64,000 bases of DNA from Sphingobacteriales bacterium (GTDB taxonomy: Bacteria; Bacteroidota; Bacteroidia; Sphingobacteriales; Sphingobacteriaceae): NCBI GenBank assembly GCA_047632595.1, contig JBLIDK010000003.1, positions 9,003-73,002 on the forward strand, given 5' to 3'. Below the pieces are notes generated by a model that was given only the letters and a program-made list of their open reading frames with translations, made no database searches and had not been told where the DNA came from. Positions 47,507 to 57,685 of the stretch are shown here, one piece after another (the stretch's first letter is position 1; each line of letters begins with the position of its first letter). The position numbers and the translations under genes are program-made.

Positions 47507-48663
47507 GCAGTTGGCTGCACGTAAGCTGGTTCTTTTTGAGAGTTTTTAATGACATCTTCATAAAATCGCTCATAAATAGGAGTGATTTCTAAAATATCGA
47601 AGATTTTCGCACGAGCATAGGCACGGTCTTTAAATCCTTCAAGAACTTTATCATCACGTAAAATCTCTAGGGCTTTTATAGCCATGCCATCGGTATCGCC
47701 AACTTTTAATAAAAATCCAGTTTCACCTTCAATATTAACTTCTGGAATTCCACCGGCATTTGAAGAAATTACGGGGACTCTGCAAGCCATCGCTTCTAAT
47801 GCCGCTAATCCAAAGCTTTCGCTTTCAGAAGGCATCACAAACAGGTCGCTGACAGCTAAAATCTCGTCTACTGCATCTTGTTTACCTAAGAAACGAATAT
47901 CATCGCATGATTTTAGTTCACGGCAAAGCTTTTCTACGTTGTGTCGTTCTGGACCATCGCCAACAAAAAGCAATTTGGCATTAATTTCTTTTCTCACCTT
48001 ATCAAAAACGTGAACCACATCTTCAACTCTCTTTACTTTTCGGAAGTTGGAAATATGAATAAGTATTCGTTCATTATTAGGAGCGATTGCCTTTTTGAAA
48101 TGCTCTTTATTCTTAAATGAAAAACGTGCTAAGTCTACAAAATTTGGAATAACGGCAATAGGTCTTGTAATATCAAAAATTGATAATGTTTCTTTTTTTA
48201 GATCTTCAGAAACCGAAGTGACACCATCACTTTGATTAATTGACCATTGAACCACCGGTTTGTAGGTGTCGTCTTTGCCTACTAAAGTGATATCAGTGCC
48301 ATGTAGGGTGGTTACTACTGGAATATGCACTCCCTGCTGAGCTAAAATCTGCTTAGCTAAGAGGGCCGCTGAAGCATGAGGAATTGCATAATGAACATGT
48401 AATAAATCTAGTTTTTCATATTTGATTACATCTACAAGTTTACTTGTTAAAGCAACTTCGTAAGGAGCATATTCAAAAAGGGGATAATTGGCAAGTCTTA
48501 CTTCGTGGTAAAACAGGTTTTCTGAGAAAAAATCTAAACGCGCAGGCTGACTGTAGGTTATAAAATGAATTTCATGACCTTTTTTGGCTAAAGCCTTTCC
48601 AAGTTCAGTTGCAACAACGCCACTTCCACCAAAGGTTGGGTAACAAACAATTCCAATTTTCAT
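47503..48663 (-). CDS. bshA: N-acetyl-alpha-D-glucosaminyl L-malate synthase (bacillithiol biosynthesis GT4)
   Basis: The N-terminus MKIGIVCYPTFGGSGVVATELGKALAKKGHEIHFI is typical of BshA. A GT4 C-terminal E..GL..LEAMA motif is present. Confidence 0.82.
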   Translation of the reverse strand: MKIGIVCYPTFGGSGVVATELGKALAKKGHEIHFITYSQPARLDFFSENLFYHEVRLANYPLFEYAPYEVALTSKLVDVIKYEKLDLLHVHYAIPHASAALLAKQILAQQGVHIPVVTTLHGTDITLVGKDDTYKPVVQWSINQSDGVTSVSEDLKKETLSIFDITRPIAVIPNFVDLARFSFKNKEHFKKAIAPNNERILIHISNFRKVKRVEDVVHVFDKVRKEINAKLLFVGDGPERHNVEKLCRELKSCDDIRFLGKQDAVDEILAVSDLFVMPSESESFGLAALEAMACRVPVISSNAGGIPEVNIEGETGFLLKVGDTDGMAIKALEILRDDKVLEGFKDRAYARAKIFDILEITPIYERFYEDVIKNSQKEPAYVQPTA

Positions 48664-48746
48664 AGTTGTACTTAATTCAGTTATAAAATGAATTTAAACT
48701 CGAATTGTTTTAGTAAAAAGTAGATTTTAGAATTACGAATTGTAAT

Positions 48747-49706
48747 TTATACTTCTTCAACAACACCCATTTTGCAGAATTTGTCGATTCTTTGCTCAAC
48801 GCGGTCTTCTGGGCTTAATTCTAATAATTCTTTAAGGTCTTTTTTGATTTTGGCTTTAACGGCTTTACCTCCTTTTTCTTTATCGTGATGAACACCACCT
48901 AACGGTTCTTTGATAATTCCATCAATTAATCCATTTCCAAGCATGTCTGTAGCAGTTAACTTTAATGCCTCAGCTGCTTGTTCTTTATAATCCCAACTTC
49001 TCCATAAAATTGAAGAGCAAGACTCTGGAGAGATTACAGAATACCAAGTGTATTCTAACATGTAAACTCTGTCACCAATACCAATACCTAATGCACCACC
49101 CGAAGCACCTTCACCAACTACGATGCAGATTACAGGTACTTTTAGAAGGAACATTTCTCTTAAGTTTCGAGCAATTGCTTCACCTTGGCCTCTTTCTTCA
49201 GCTTCTAAGCCAGGAAATGCTCCTGGAGTATCAATAAATGTTACAATTGGCACATTAAATTTTTCAGCTAGCTTCATTAAACGAAGTGCTTTACGGTACC
49301 CTTCAGGGTTGGCCATACCAAAATTTCGGTATTGACGCATTTTAGTGTTTGTCCCTTTTTGGTGACCAATAAACATTACTGGCACGCCATCTAAATCACC
49401 AAAGCCACCAACAATTGCTTTATCGTCTCCAACGTTTCTATCTCCGTGAAGCTCAATAAAGTTTTTTGAGATCATGTCAATATATTGCAGTGTATAAGGG
49501 CGGTTAGAATGTCGGCTGATTTGAACTTTTTGCCATCTACTAAGGTTCTTGTAAATTTCCTTTTTCTTAGCTTCAATCTTTGCCTCAAGGTCGCTAACTG
49601 TTTTTACAACATCAGCACCGCTTTCTTCTCCAAGAGTTTTCGCCTGTTTTAACTGTTCGGCTAAATCTGCTAATGGCTTTTCAAAATCTAATATGTATTC
49701 TTCCAT
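48747..49706 (-). CDS. accA: Acetyl-CoA carboxylase carboxyltransferase alpha subunit
   Basis: [10 protein letters not shown]...[12 protein letters not shown] and [10 protein letters not shown] motifs. Length is 319 aa. Confidence 0.95.
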   Translation of the reverse strand: MEEYILDFEKPLADLAEQLKQAKTLGEESGADVVKTVSDLEAKIEAKKKEIYKNLSRWQKVQISRHSNRPYTLQYIDMISKNFIELHGDRNVGDDKAIVGGFGDLDGVPVMFIGHQKGTNTKMRQYRNFGMANPEGYRKALRLMKLAEKFNVPIVTFIDTPGAFPGLEAEERGQGEAIARNLREMFLLKVPVICIVVGEGASGGALGIGIGDRVYMLEYTWYSVISPESCSSILWRSWDYKEQAAEALKLTATDMLGNGLIDGIIKEPLGGVHHDKEKGGKAVKAKIKKDLKELLELSPEDRVEQRIDKFCKMGVVEEV

Positions 49707-49762
49707 ATAAATGGTATTTAGAAGCTCAAAGGTAGAAATATTAAAAAATTAGAGTTGCTTTT

Positions 49763-50014
49763 TTAAGCTTTTGATTCTTTTTTATTGCAAACACTTTCTT
49801 TTTTGTCATTTTCAGAAAAAATTTCATTTTTATAAAAAGTGTAGGATTGCTGAAATAAATTATTCAGGTTATTAGCAAAAGTTACTGCTATCCAATTAGA
49901 TGAGAGCTCGAATGGAATTTTCTTTGGGGTTAAATAAATACAAAAAACCCATACGAGAAGTACAAAAAAGTTCTTCAGTAAAATGGATTTAATGTTACTT
50001 ATTTTCTTTTTCAC
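49763..50014 (-). CDS. Hypothetical small membrane protein
   Basis: 83 aa with one TM segment. It lies upstream of accA on the same strand. I recognise no family. Confidence 0.3.
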   Translation of the reverse strand: MKKKISNIKSILLKNFFVLLVWVFCIYLTPKKIPFELSSNWIAVTFANNLNNLFQQSYTFYKNEIFSENDKKESVCNKKESKA

Positions 50015-50064
50015 GAATTAAAGATAACAATTCTATTATTTTTGCAGACAATAACAAACTAAAT

Positions 50065-50589
50065 ATGAAGAATTTTTTGATTGTAGTACTGTTTTTATCT
50101 CTTGTTTCTTGCGACCCTATGTACAAGAGAAAACTTAAAAAGGAAATTACCCATCAGGAAAATATTGTATTGGATGAGAATTTAGAAATGAACGATTCAG
50201 TAGCAATGGTTTTGATGAAAAACTATAAAGAATTTGCAAGAGAATACCCTACGGATGAGGAAAGCCCTAACTGTCTGTTTAAGGCTGCTGAGTTGGCAAA
50301 TGGAATGGGAGCTCCTTCTGCTGCAATAGATTTGTACAGGCAGGTTTATGAAGCTTACCCTGAGTATAAAGAGGCTCCAATGTGCTTATTTATTTTGGGC
50401 TTTATCTACGAAAATCAGTTGCAGAACTACAAGATGGCTGGAATGTATTATCGAGATTTCTTAAAGAAATTTCCAGATCATGAATTGAGCGAAGATGTGA
50501 AATTGTCAATTAAGAATTTAGGCAAAACACCAGATGAATTAATTAAGGAGTTTGAACAAAAACTTGAAAACGGCGAAATAGATAGTTAG
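50065..50589 (+). CDS. TPR-like lipoprotein
   Basis: Lipoprotein signal LSLVSC. TPR-like helices (AIDLYRQVYEAYPEYKEAP...AGMYYRDFLKKFPDH). Confidence 0.6.
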   Translation: MKNFLIVVLFLSLVSCDPMYKRKLKKEITHQENIVLDENLEMNDSVAMVLMKNYKEFAREYPTDEESPNCLFKAAELANGMGAPSAAIDLYRQVYEAYPEYKEAPMCLFILGFIYENQLQNYKMAGMYYRDFLKKFPDHELSEDVKLSIKNLGKTPDELIKEFEQKLENGEIDS

Positions 50590-51407
50590 TTAACTATTTT
50601 TTTCAATCGATTTTCTAATTCTTTAATTCCGATTGGAGTTTTAAGCTTGCCATGGTATGCACAAGATATATTTCCAGTTTCTTCTGAGACAATTATTGCA
50701 AAAGCATCGTCATTGTTTTCTGAGGCGCCAAGGGCTGCTCTGTGACGTAGTCCAACGCGACTTGGCAATTCACTTTGATCTGAAACGGGCAATATACAAC
50801 TAGCAGATTTTATTCTGTTGTTAGAAATTACCATGGCGCCATCATGCATAGGACTGGTTTTGGCAAAAATACTTTCAATAAGTCGTCTAGATATTTTAGA
50901 ATCTAATTCAACTCCGTTGTTTGCCCAGTGATACTCGTCACTATTTTCAAGAAAAACGATAATTGCACCAGTTCTTGATCTGGCCATTGTATTTACAGCC
51001 CCAATTATTGGAGTAATGTCGGTTTCGTCTTTGATTTTATCCTTTCCAAATCTTCCGAAAAGAAAATTATTTATTGAGCGACTTTTATTTAAAATCGAGT
51101 TTTTGCCGATAATGATTAAAAAACGTCGAATTTCTTGCTGAAAAACTACTATTAGAGCAATAACACCAACACCAACCACAGCATCAAGAACGCCGCCAAT
51201 TAATACCATGTTGAGCGATTTTACTAGAAGCCAAAACAAATAGATGCTAACTAAACCTACAAAGATGTTTAAGGCAATGGTTCCTTTAATTATAGTATAG
51301 ACTTGATATAAAATAATAGCAAAGAGCACTATATCGATTAAATCGAATAGCCCAATGCTTAAAAATCCTATATCAAATAAAGTGGTCATGTAAATTTCTT
51401 TTGCCAA
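50586..51407 (-). CDS. cdaA: Diadenylate cyclase CdaA
   Basis: Three N-terminal TM segments. The DAC domain has TGAIIV, HDGAMVI, GLRHRAALG and SEETG motifs. Confidence 0.9.
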   Translation of the reverse strand: MAKEIYMTTLFDIGFLSIGLFDLIDIVLFAIILYQVYTIIKGTIALNIFVGLVSIYLFWLLVKSLNMVLIGGVLDAVVGVGVIALIVVFQQEIRRFLIIIGKNSILNKSRSINNFLFGRFGKDKIKDETDITPIIGAVNTMARSRTGAIIVFLENSDEYHWANNGVELDSKISRRLIESIFAKTSPMHDGAMVISNNRIKSASCILPVSDQSELPSRVGLRHRAALGASENNDDAFAIIVSEETGNISCAYHGKLKTPIGIKELENRLKKIVN

Positions 51408-51510
51408 ATATACTTATATAATATAATCTACAATTTAACGTGTTATAATAAATAGTGTTTATGGATTAGTTCAAAGAATTAGCATATTTGTATTCAACTT
51501 TTATCGAAAC

Positions 51511-54210
51511 ATGAAAAAAATATTTCTCACGCTCTTTATTCTATTAATTCTTTTGGTGGGAGCATTAGTTGCTGCGCCATTTATTTTCAAAGATAAAATT
51601 GTTGCCAAAGTAAAGCAAACAGTTAATAATGAGCTTACTGCAAAAGTAGATTTTGGAGAAATTTCATTAACTCTTTTTAAGAATTTCCCAGATTTCACCC
51701 TAACAATGGATGATATTGAAGTTGTAGGTACGGGCGCTTTTGCTGGTGATACATTAATCAAAACCGATGAATTGATTTTGGTTGTGGATATTTTGAGCAT
51801 AATTCAAGGAAAAACCATTTCAGTAAAGAAAGTGAATATGGAGAACCCAATTATCTTTGTTCATGTTTTAAAAAATGGAGATGCTAACTATAATATTGTA
51901 AAAGAATCGGAAAGTGATTCAACAAATACCTCAGAAGATGAATCGAACTTCAGTGTAGCATTAAATGAATATGCCTTAGAAAATGCTCATATAGTTTACG
52001 ATGATAAAAGCTTAGATTTCTATACCGAATTGGTTGGTCTAAATCATTCAGGTGATGGTGATTTTACGTTGGATTTATTCACACTAAATACAAAGACTTC
52101 TGCCGATGAAGTGACCATGTTTTATGAAGGAATAACTTATATAAACAAGGCTAAGGTCGAGTTGATTTTGCCTCTTGAAATGAACATGAAAGAGGATATG
52201 TACACGATAAAAGAAGGGAACTTTACAAAATTAAATAATCTTCTAATTGATTTTACTGGTTCAATTAAATTATTGACTGATGGTTATGATTTAGACTTCA
52301 CTTTTGATGCTGCGAAATCTGAGTTTAAAAATTTCTTATCAATGGTTCCTGCAGTTTATTCTTCAGAATTTGAAGGGCTAAATGCAAGTGGAAAATTTGC
52401 CATGAAAGGATTTGTAAAAGGAATTTATGCTGACAATCCAGAAAGGTATCCTCGTTTTGTATTGAATTTCTTGGTTGAAAATGGGTCATTTAAGTATCCT
52501 GATTTGCCTACAGGAGTTAATAATGTTCAAATTAAAATGGATGTGCAAAATGTAACTGGAATCTTGGATGAGACTGTGGTTGATATAAGTAAATTTCACA
52601 TTGAATTAGGTTCAGAGCCTTTTGATGTAACATTATTACTTAAAACTCCAATTTCTGATCCTTATTTAAACTTTAAAGCAATTGGCACAATCAATCTTGA
52701 TAAAATAAATAATATTTTGCCTTTGGATGAAGGAACTAAAATTAGTGGGCAATTGGTCTCAAATATATCTGCCACAGGAAATTTAAGTGCTATCGAAAAT
52801 CAGCAATATCAAAATTTTGATGCAAACGGAGAGTTTAACTTAACGGACTTTAGATATTCTGATAAAGCGCTTGCTTATGATGTGAATATATTTAAAGCAC
52901 TAGCAAAAATTAACCCTAGACAGTTAGATGTTCAAGAGTTTAATGCGAAAATTGGTAAAAGTGATTTTGATATAAAAGGGAAAGTGGATAATTATTTAGC
53001 TTACGTTCTAAAAAATGAACCTCTTAACGGAACCATGACGATGAAGTCGCAGCTTTTAGACGTGAATGAATTTATGGGTGAGGAGGAAGAAATTAATACC
53101 GCCTCAACAAATGAAGCTAGTTCAGGATATGAAGTAATTCCAATTCCTGCCAATGTGAATATGGTATTTAATGCCAGAATAGATAGAGTATTGTACGATA
53201 ATATGACTCTTAATGATTGTGTTGGGCAATTAATTGTAGCTAACGAAACTTTGACTTTTAAAAATATTTCAACCAAAACTTTAGGTGGGTCAATTGTTTT
53301 AAATGGCTATTATCAAACAAAAGATGTTAAAAACCCTGAAATTGATTTTGACTTAGCGATTAAATCATTGAATGTTCAGGATACTTATAATGCATTCATT
53401 TTAGTTCAAGAACTTGCACCAATTGCGCAGCATCTAACTGGAAACTTTAGTGCTAAGATGAACATGAAGGGTTTGTTAAATCAAGATATGTATCCAAATG
53501 TTGAAACCTTTAGCGGATTGGGCGGTGCGACATTACAAAGCGCAGTATTAGAAGGATATAAGCCAATGAATACCCTTGGAGATGCGCTTAAGCAACCAAG
53601 CTTTAAAAAATTAATAATTAACAATACACTGGTACAATTTGCTTTTGAAAACGGAAGATTAATTGTAGATCCATTTACTTATAAGCAAGGAAATGTTACG
53701 ATGCTTGCAGAAGGTTCAAGCGGTATTGATGAAACCATTGATTACAAAATGAAAATATCATTGCCAAAATCGGCAGTAAGTGGACAAGCGAGTGATGTTT
53801 TAAATCAACTTGCAGCAAAGGCAAATGCACAAGGTGCGAAAGTTGATATGGGCAACATTATTTCAGTAAATGCACTTGTTAAAGGAACTTTTGATGACCC
53901 TAAAATTTTACTTGATTTAAGCGATCAGTTAAATGATGTAAAAGGGACACTTAAAGATGCTGCAAGTGATATGCTGAATAAACAAAAGGCTGAAGCAGAG
54001 GCAAAAGCACGCGCAGAAGCCGATAGATTACGTTCAGAAGCAGAAAACAAGGCAAAGGCTGCGGCAAATAAAGCAAAAGCAGATGCTGAAGCAAAAGCAA
54101 AAGCCGAGGCAGAAAGATTACGCTTAGAGGCTGAGAAAAAAGTGCAAGAAGAAAAGAACCGCTTGATTGAAGAAGGTAAAAAGAAACTAAAAAATAAATT
54201 TAAACTGTAG
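51511..54210 (+). CDS. AsmA-family protein with a C-terminal Ala/Glu/Lys-rich coiled-coil tail
   Basis: N-terminal TM anchor and a long beta-rich body typical of AsmA-like proteins. The tail is KAEAEAKARAEADRLRSEAE.../ADAEAKAKAEAERLRLEAE. Confidence 0.72.
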   Translation: MKKIFLTLFILLILLVGALVAAPFIFKDKIVAKVKQTVNNELTAKVDFGEISLTLFKNFPDFTLTMDDIEVVGTGAFAGDTLIKTDELILVVDILSIIQGKTISVKKVNMENPIIFVHVLKNGDANYNIVKESESDSTNTSEDESNFSVALNEYALENAHIVYDDKSLDFYTELVGLNHSGDGDFTLDLFTLNTKTSADEVTMFYEGITYINKAKVELILPLEMNMKEDMYTIKEGNFTKLNNLLIDFTGSIKLLTDGYDLDFTFDAAKSEFKNFLSMVPAVYSSEFEGLNASGKFAMKGFVKGIYADNPERYPRFVLNFLVENGSFKYPDLPTGVNNVQIKMDVQNVTGILDETVVDISKFHIELGSEPFDVTLLLKTPISDPYLNFKAIGTINLDKINNILPLDEGTKISGQLVSNISATGNLSAIENQQYQNFDANGEFNLTDFRYSDKALAYDVNIFKALAKINPRQLDVQEFNAKIGKSDFDIKGKVDNYLAYVLKNEPLNGTMTMKSQLLDVNEFMGEEEEINTASTNEASSGYEVIPIPANVNMVFNARIDRVLYDNMTLNDCVGQLIVANETLTFKNISTKTLGGSIVLNGYYQTKDVKNPEIDFDLAIKSLNVQDTYNAFILVQELAPIAQHLTGNFSAKMNMKGLLNQDMYPNVETFSGLGGATLQSAVLEGYKPMNTLGDALKQPSFKKLIINNTLVQFAFENGRLIVDPFTYKQGNVTMLAEGSSGIDETIDYKMKISLPKSAVSGQASDVLNQLAAKANAQGAKVDMGNIISVNALVKGTFDDPKILLDLSDQLNDVKGTLKDAASDMLNKQKAEAEAKARAEADRLRSEAENKAKAAANKAKADAEAKAKAEAERLRLEAEKKVQEEKNRLIEEGKKKLKNKFKL

Positions 54211-55359
54211 TTAAGAGAGCTTATTAAAAAGCTTTAACCATTTGTCTGGAACTTCTTCATTTGCTGCTTGCAAGTAATCTTCATAATTACAAGGGATTAG
54301 TTGATATAATGCATTTTTAGGCTGGTTTGGTGTTGGAACTTGCATCCACCATCGGTCAGTTTTTTTGCTTTTGTAAAAAACTATTTCTTCATTGGTCTTA
54401 TCAAAAATAGTTCGGAATCTTACGAAATTTTCCTTCCCATACATTGGGTCGTCTTTTTGACGGTTTAAGTACCCGTCAATAAAATGCCAAGCAAGTTGCG
54501 CAGCTAATGACATGCATTGATTTGATGTGGCAATTGTTGGTTCCAATTCATAAATTCCAATTGAACTTAACTTTTCGTTCATGCCAGCATATCTAAACAA
54601 CTGGCAAGCTTCTTCTCCATAAAAACCATGAGGGCTAGCATAAAAATTTGCTGGAGCATCGCTGTAGCGAATTGCACTAATGTCAAAAGCAATCATATCC
54701 GCATCTCGAATTAGTGGCTCAACTTTATGCAACTGTTCCTGAGCTTCACCCAACCTTAATGCATCAAATTGAAGCTTATCCAAAACGTTTAAGTGTTCTG
54801 GATTGGTTAAATAGGTTTGGTATCCCAAATGGCAAAAATTAAATAAAATTCCATTTGGATGGCATAAAGTTTTGAAAATATGAGATTGACTTCCAAGCTC
54901 TTCCTCATCTTCTAAGTCTAATCGAGAATCAATATTTAGAAAATTAACTTGCTGTTCAAGCTTGTCGTATCCTTCAAACTGACCGTAGCTAATCCAATGA
55001 GCACCGCCTAAAATAATAACCGTACAATTTTTTCGGTAAAGATCATTGCAGGTCGTCCTAACAGCTGCAACTGTATCCATTACTGTTTTACCTTGTTCAA
55101 TATTTCCAATGTCGTAAATAAGTAAGTCGTTAGAATAGCTAAAAAGCTTGTAAAGCTCTTTGCGAATTTTGTTTGGAGCCTCTGCAGAACCTTCGTTTCC
55201 TTTTGAATTCCTTCCATCTTCCACCCCTAGAATTACTAGAGTAGATTCTTCAGGCTCTTCATCTAGAATAATTTTACTTCCTAATTGCTGAGGAACGTAT
55301 TTTTCTTTTTTTACAAAGTCTTTTATCGACTGATTGTGGGTGAAATCAAAAGCAGACAT
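54211..55359 (-). CDS. Arginase/formiminoglutamase-fold protein with substituted metal ligands
   Basis: The motifs align by eye to the ureohydrolase family. ILGGAHW matches GG(D/G)H. IDSRLD replaces DAHxD. FDISAIRYSDAP replaces S.D.D..DP..AP. Confidence 0.72.
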   Translation of the reverse strand: MSAFDFTHNQSIKDFVKKEKYVPQQLGSKIILDEEPEESTLVILGVEDGRNSKGNEGSAEAPNKIRKELYKLFSYSNDLLIYDIGNIEQGKTVMDTVAAVRTTCNDLYRKNCTVIILGGAHWISYGQFEGYDKLEQQVNFLNIDSRLDLEDEEELGSQSHIFKTLCHPNGILFNFCHLGYQTYLTNPEHLNVLDKLQFDALRLGEAQEQLHKVEPLIRDADMIAFDISAIRYSDAPANFYASPHGFYGEEACQLFRYAGMNEKLSSIGIYELEPTIATSNQCMSLAAQLAWHFIDGYLNRQKDDPMYGKENFVRFRTIFDKTNEEIVFYKSKKTDRWWMQVPTPNQPKNALYQLIPCNYEDYLQAANEEVPDKWLKLFNKLS

Positions 55360-55427
55360 AATTATTAATTTTCCCCAAATTTATCATTTATGATTAGACC
55401 CCCATGAAAGGTTTTATCTTTGTGCCA

Positions 55428-56396
55428 ATGATTTTATTAACAGGTGCAACAGGATTTTTAGGATCGCAGGTTCTTCGCGACCTTTTGAAGGCAAAAATTC
55501 CTGTAAAAGCATTAAAAAGAAAAACCAGTAAAGTTCCTTCCGACTTGCAAGATGCAAATTGGGTAGATGGCGATGTGGGAGATTATTTCGAGATAGAAAA
55601 ATTGCTATCGAATGTGGATACTATTATTCATAGTGCAGCAATAGTAAGCTTTTTGCCTTCAGAACGAAAGAAAATGATGCAGTGCAATGTAGAAGGGACT
55701 GCAAACATTGTAAACGCAGCACTCGCAACAAAAGTAAAGCGATTAATTCATGTTAGTAGTATTGCTGCGATCGGAGAAAACGATGATAAGTCGCCAAGTA
55801 CTGAAAATACCGAATGGAAATTTAGCCCAAAGTCCAGCGGCTACTCTGTTAGTAAATACTTGTCGGAAAATGAAGCTTGGAGAGGTTCTGAAGAAGGATT
55901 AGACGTTTTAGTAGTAAATCCATCAATAATAATAGGTCCTACTCATAATTGGAGATCTGGAACTGGGGCTTTGTTCAGGAAAGTTCAGAAAGGCTTAACT
56001 CATTATCCTATGGGTACCGTTGGATGGGTTGATGTACGAGATGTTAGCAGGGCAATTGTAGCACTTTACAATTCAAAAATTGTCAATCAGCGTTACATAT
56101 TAAATGCTACAAACGAATCGTATAAAAACGTTTTTACAGAAATGGCAACTAATTTGGACATGCCTATTCCTATGAAACCATTAACTCCTTTAAAGATTCG
56201 TTTTTTAGTGATTTATGACAGAATTAGGAGCGTCTTGCTGAACAAAAACAAACGATTCACTAAAAACAACATGAATTCGTCATCAAAAACATTGACCTTC
56301 TCGGCCTCAAAAATTGAAAAAGAGTTGGCATTCAAATTCACCCCATTATCACAAACAATAGCTGAAACTTGTTCAGCATTAATTGCTTCTAAGTGA
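55428..56396 (+). CDS. NAD-dependent epimerase/dehydratase family (SDR) protein
   Basis: MILLTGATGFLGSQV Rossmann motif and a YSVSK catalytic motif. I chose the start at the internal Met. Confidence 0.8.
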   Translation: MILLTGATGFLGSQVLRDLLKAKIPVKALKRKTSKVPSDLQDANWVDGDVGDYFEIEKLLSNVDTIIHSAAIVSFLPSERKKMMQCNVEGTANIVNAALATKVKRLIHVSSIAAIGENDDKSPSTENTEWKFSPKSSGYSVSKYLSENEAWRGSEEGLDVLVVNPSIIIGPTHNWRSGTGALFRKVQKGLTHYPMGTVGWVDVRDVSRAIVALYNSKIVNQRYILNATNESYKNVFTEMATNLDMPIPMKPLTPLKIRFLVIYDRIRSVLLNKNKRFTKNNMNSSSKTLTFSASKIEKELAFKFTPLSQTIAETCSALIASK

Positions 56397-57685
56397 AAAA
56401 ACATACCTATTTTATTATTGATTTTGATAGCACATTCACAACTGTAGAAGCACTTGATGAATTGGCTGATATAGCACTTTCGGGACAACCTCAACGAGAT
56501 TCTGTTGTAGAACAAATTAAGATGCTGACTGATCAAGGGATGGATGGTTCTATATCTTTTGAAGAAAGCCTTGAAAAAAGAGTAGCTCTTTTAAATTCTA
56601 ATAAAGAGCATTTAGAGAAATTGGTAAAACGCCTTCGGAAAAAGGTTAGTAATTCATTTAAAAGAAACAGGGAGTTTTTTTTACGCGAAAAAGATAATAT
56701 CTATATCGTTTCAGGTGGGTTTAAAGAATTTATTGTACCAGTTGTGAAAGACTACGGTGTTTTGCCTGAGAACGTTTATGCCAATGAATTTACCTATGAC
56801 AAAGTGGGAAACATTATTGGCTCTGATAGATCAAATCCACTTGCAGGTCCTGGTGGGAAAGTAGAAGTGCTTCAAAAGCTTAATTTAAAAGGCGAAATTA
56901 TTGTTCTAGGTGATGGCTATACCGATTACCAACTTCGCTCAAGCGGAATTGCTGATAAATTTTACGCCTTTACCGAGAATATTGAACGAGAATTAGTCAC
57001 AAAAGCGGCGGACCATGTGACGCCTAGTTTTGATGAGTTTCTTCACGTAAACAAACTGCCAATGGCACTGTCATATCCTAAAAACCGAATTAGAGTAAGT
57101 TTTTTAGGAGAGAAAGCTGAAGAGCATAAGAAATTGTTTAAAAAAGAGGGTTATGACCTTGGCGAAAACAGAAAAGTGGACATAAAAGGGACTTCAATCA
57201 TTTTTGCTGAGGAAGATACCGACTGGAAAAAAATTGATTTAAGCCAAACTACTCGATTAAAAGCAATAGGAATTTTGGGAAAAGCTCACAAATCTCTGAA
57301 AATAGACTTTTTAACAGATAGAGGCGTCGCAATATTTGATGATCCAAAGGGAAAGAAGTCGAACGTAGAGTTTATTCCAAAAAGAATGATTGAATTCATC
57401 AATAAAGGAACAACCTCTGGAAGTATTAATTTTCCTTCAATTGATATGGAGCAGGGCAAAAGCACACATAGAATGTTGCATATTCATCACAACTTACCTG
57501 GAATGTTGGCAAAATTGAATAAAATTATGGCCGACCATAAAATCAACATTAGTGGGCAGTTTTTGAAAACAAATGTAAACATCGGCTATGCAATTACCGA
57601 TGTGGATTCGAAATACGACAGAGCAATTATTGAAGAATTGAAGTCAATTGCAGGAACAATTAGCTTTAGAATTTTATACACATAA
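56393..57685 (+). CDS. HAD-IB phosphoserine-phosphatase-like domain fused to a SerA-like substrate-binding fragment and ACT domain, with no NAD-binding domain
   Basis: HAD motifs are present: IIDFDSTF, SGGFKEFI, GDGYTDY. The C-terminus (HRMLHIHHNLPGMLAKLNKIMADHKINISGQFLKTNVNIGYAITDVD...ISFRILY) closely resembles the E. coli SerA ACT tail as I recall it. The GTG start overlaps the upstream stop (GTGA). Confidence 0.75.
   Translation: MKKHTYFIIDFDSTFTTVEALDELADIALSGQPQRDSVVEQIKMLTDQGMDGSISFEESLEKRVALLNSNKEHLEKLVKRLRKKVSNSFKRNREFFLREKDNIYIVSGGFKEFIVPVVKDYGVLPENVYANEFTYDKVGNIIGSDRSNPLAGPGGKVEVLQKLNLKGEIIVLGDGYTDYQLRSSGIADKFYAFTENIERELVTKAADHVTPSFDEFLHVNKLPMALSYPKNRIRVSFLGEKAEEHKKLFKKEGYDLGENRKVDIKGTSIIFAEEDTDWKKIDLSQTTRLKAIGILGKAHKSLKIDFLTDRGVAIFDDPKGKKSNVEFIPKRMIEFINKGTTSGSINFPSIDMEQGKSTHRMLHIHHNLPGMLAKLNKIMADHKINISGQFLKTNVNIGYAITDVDSKYDRAIIEELKSIAGTISFRILYT

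Noticed and set aside
47684-48013. 109-aa plus-strand ORF
   Set aside because: It is antisense to bshA. The same reasoning applies to the other short internal ORFs in the track, such as 833..1021, 3511..3786, 11102..11284, 23018..23308, 31337..31579, 41077..41316, 49123..49335, 51501..51800 and 53001..53276.
53985-54150. Possible CRISPR-like or tandem non-coding repeat
   Set aside because: The repeats are in frame inside the AsmA-like CDS and encode a low-complexity coiled coil. I saw no repeat-spacer architecture anywhere in the window.
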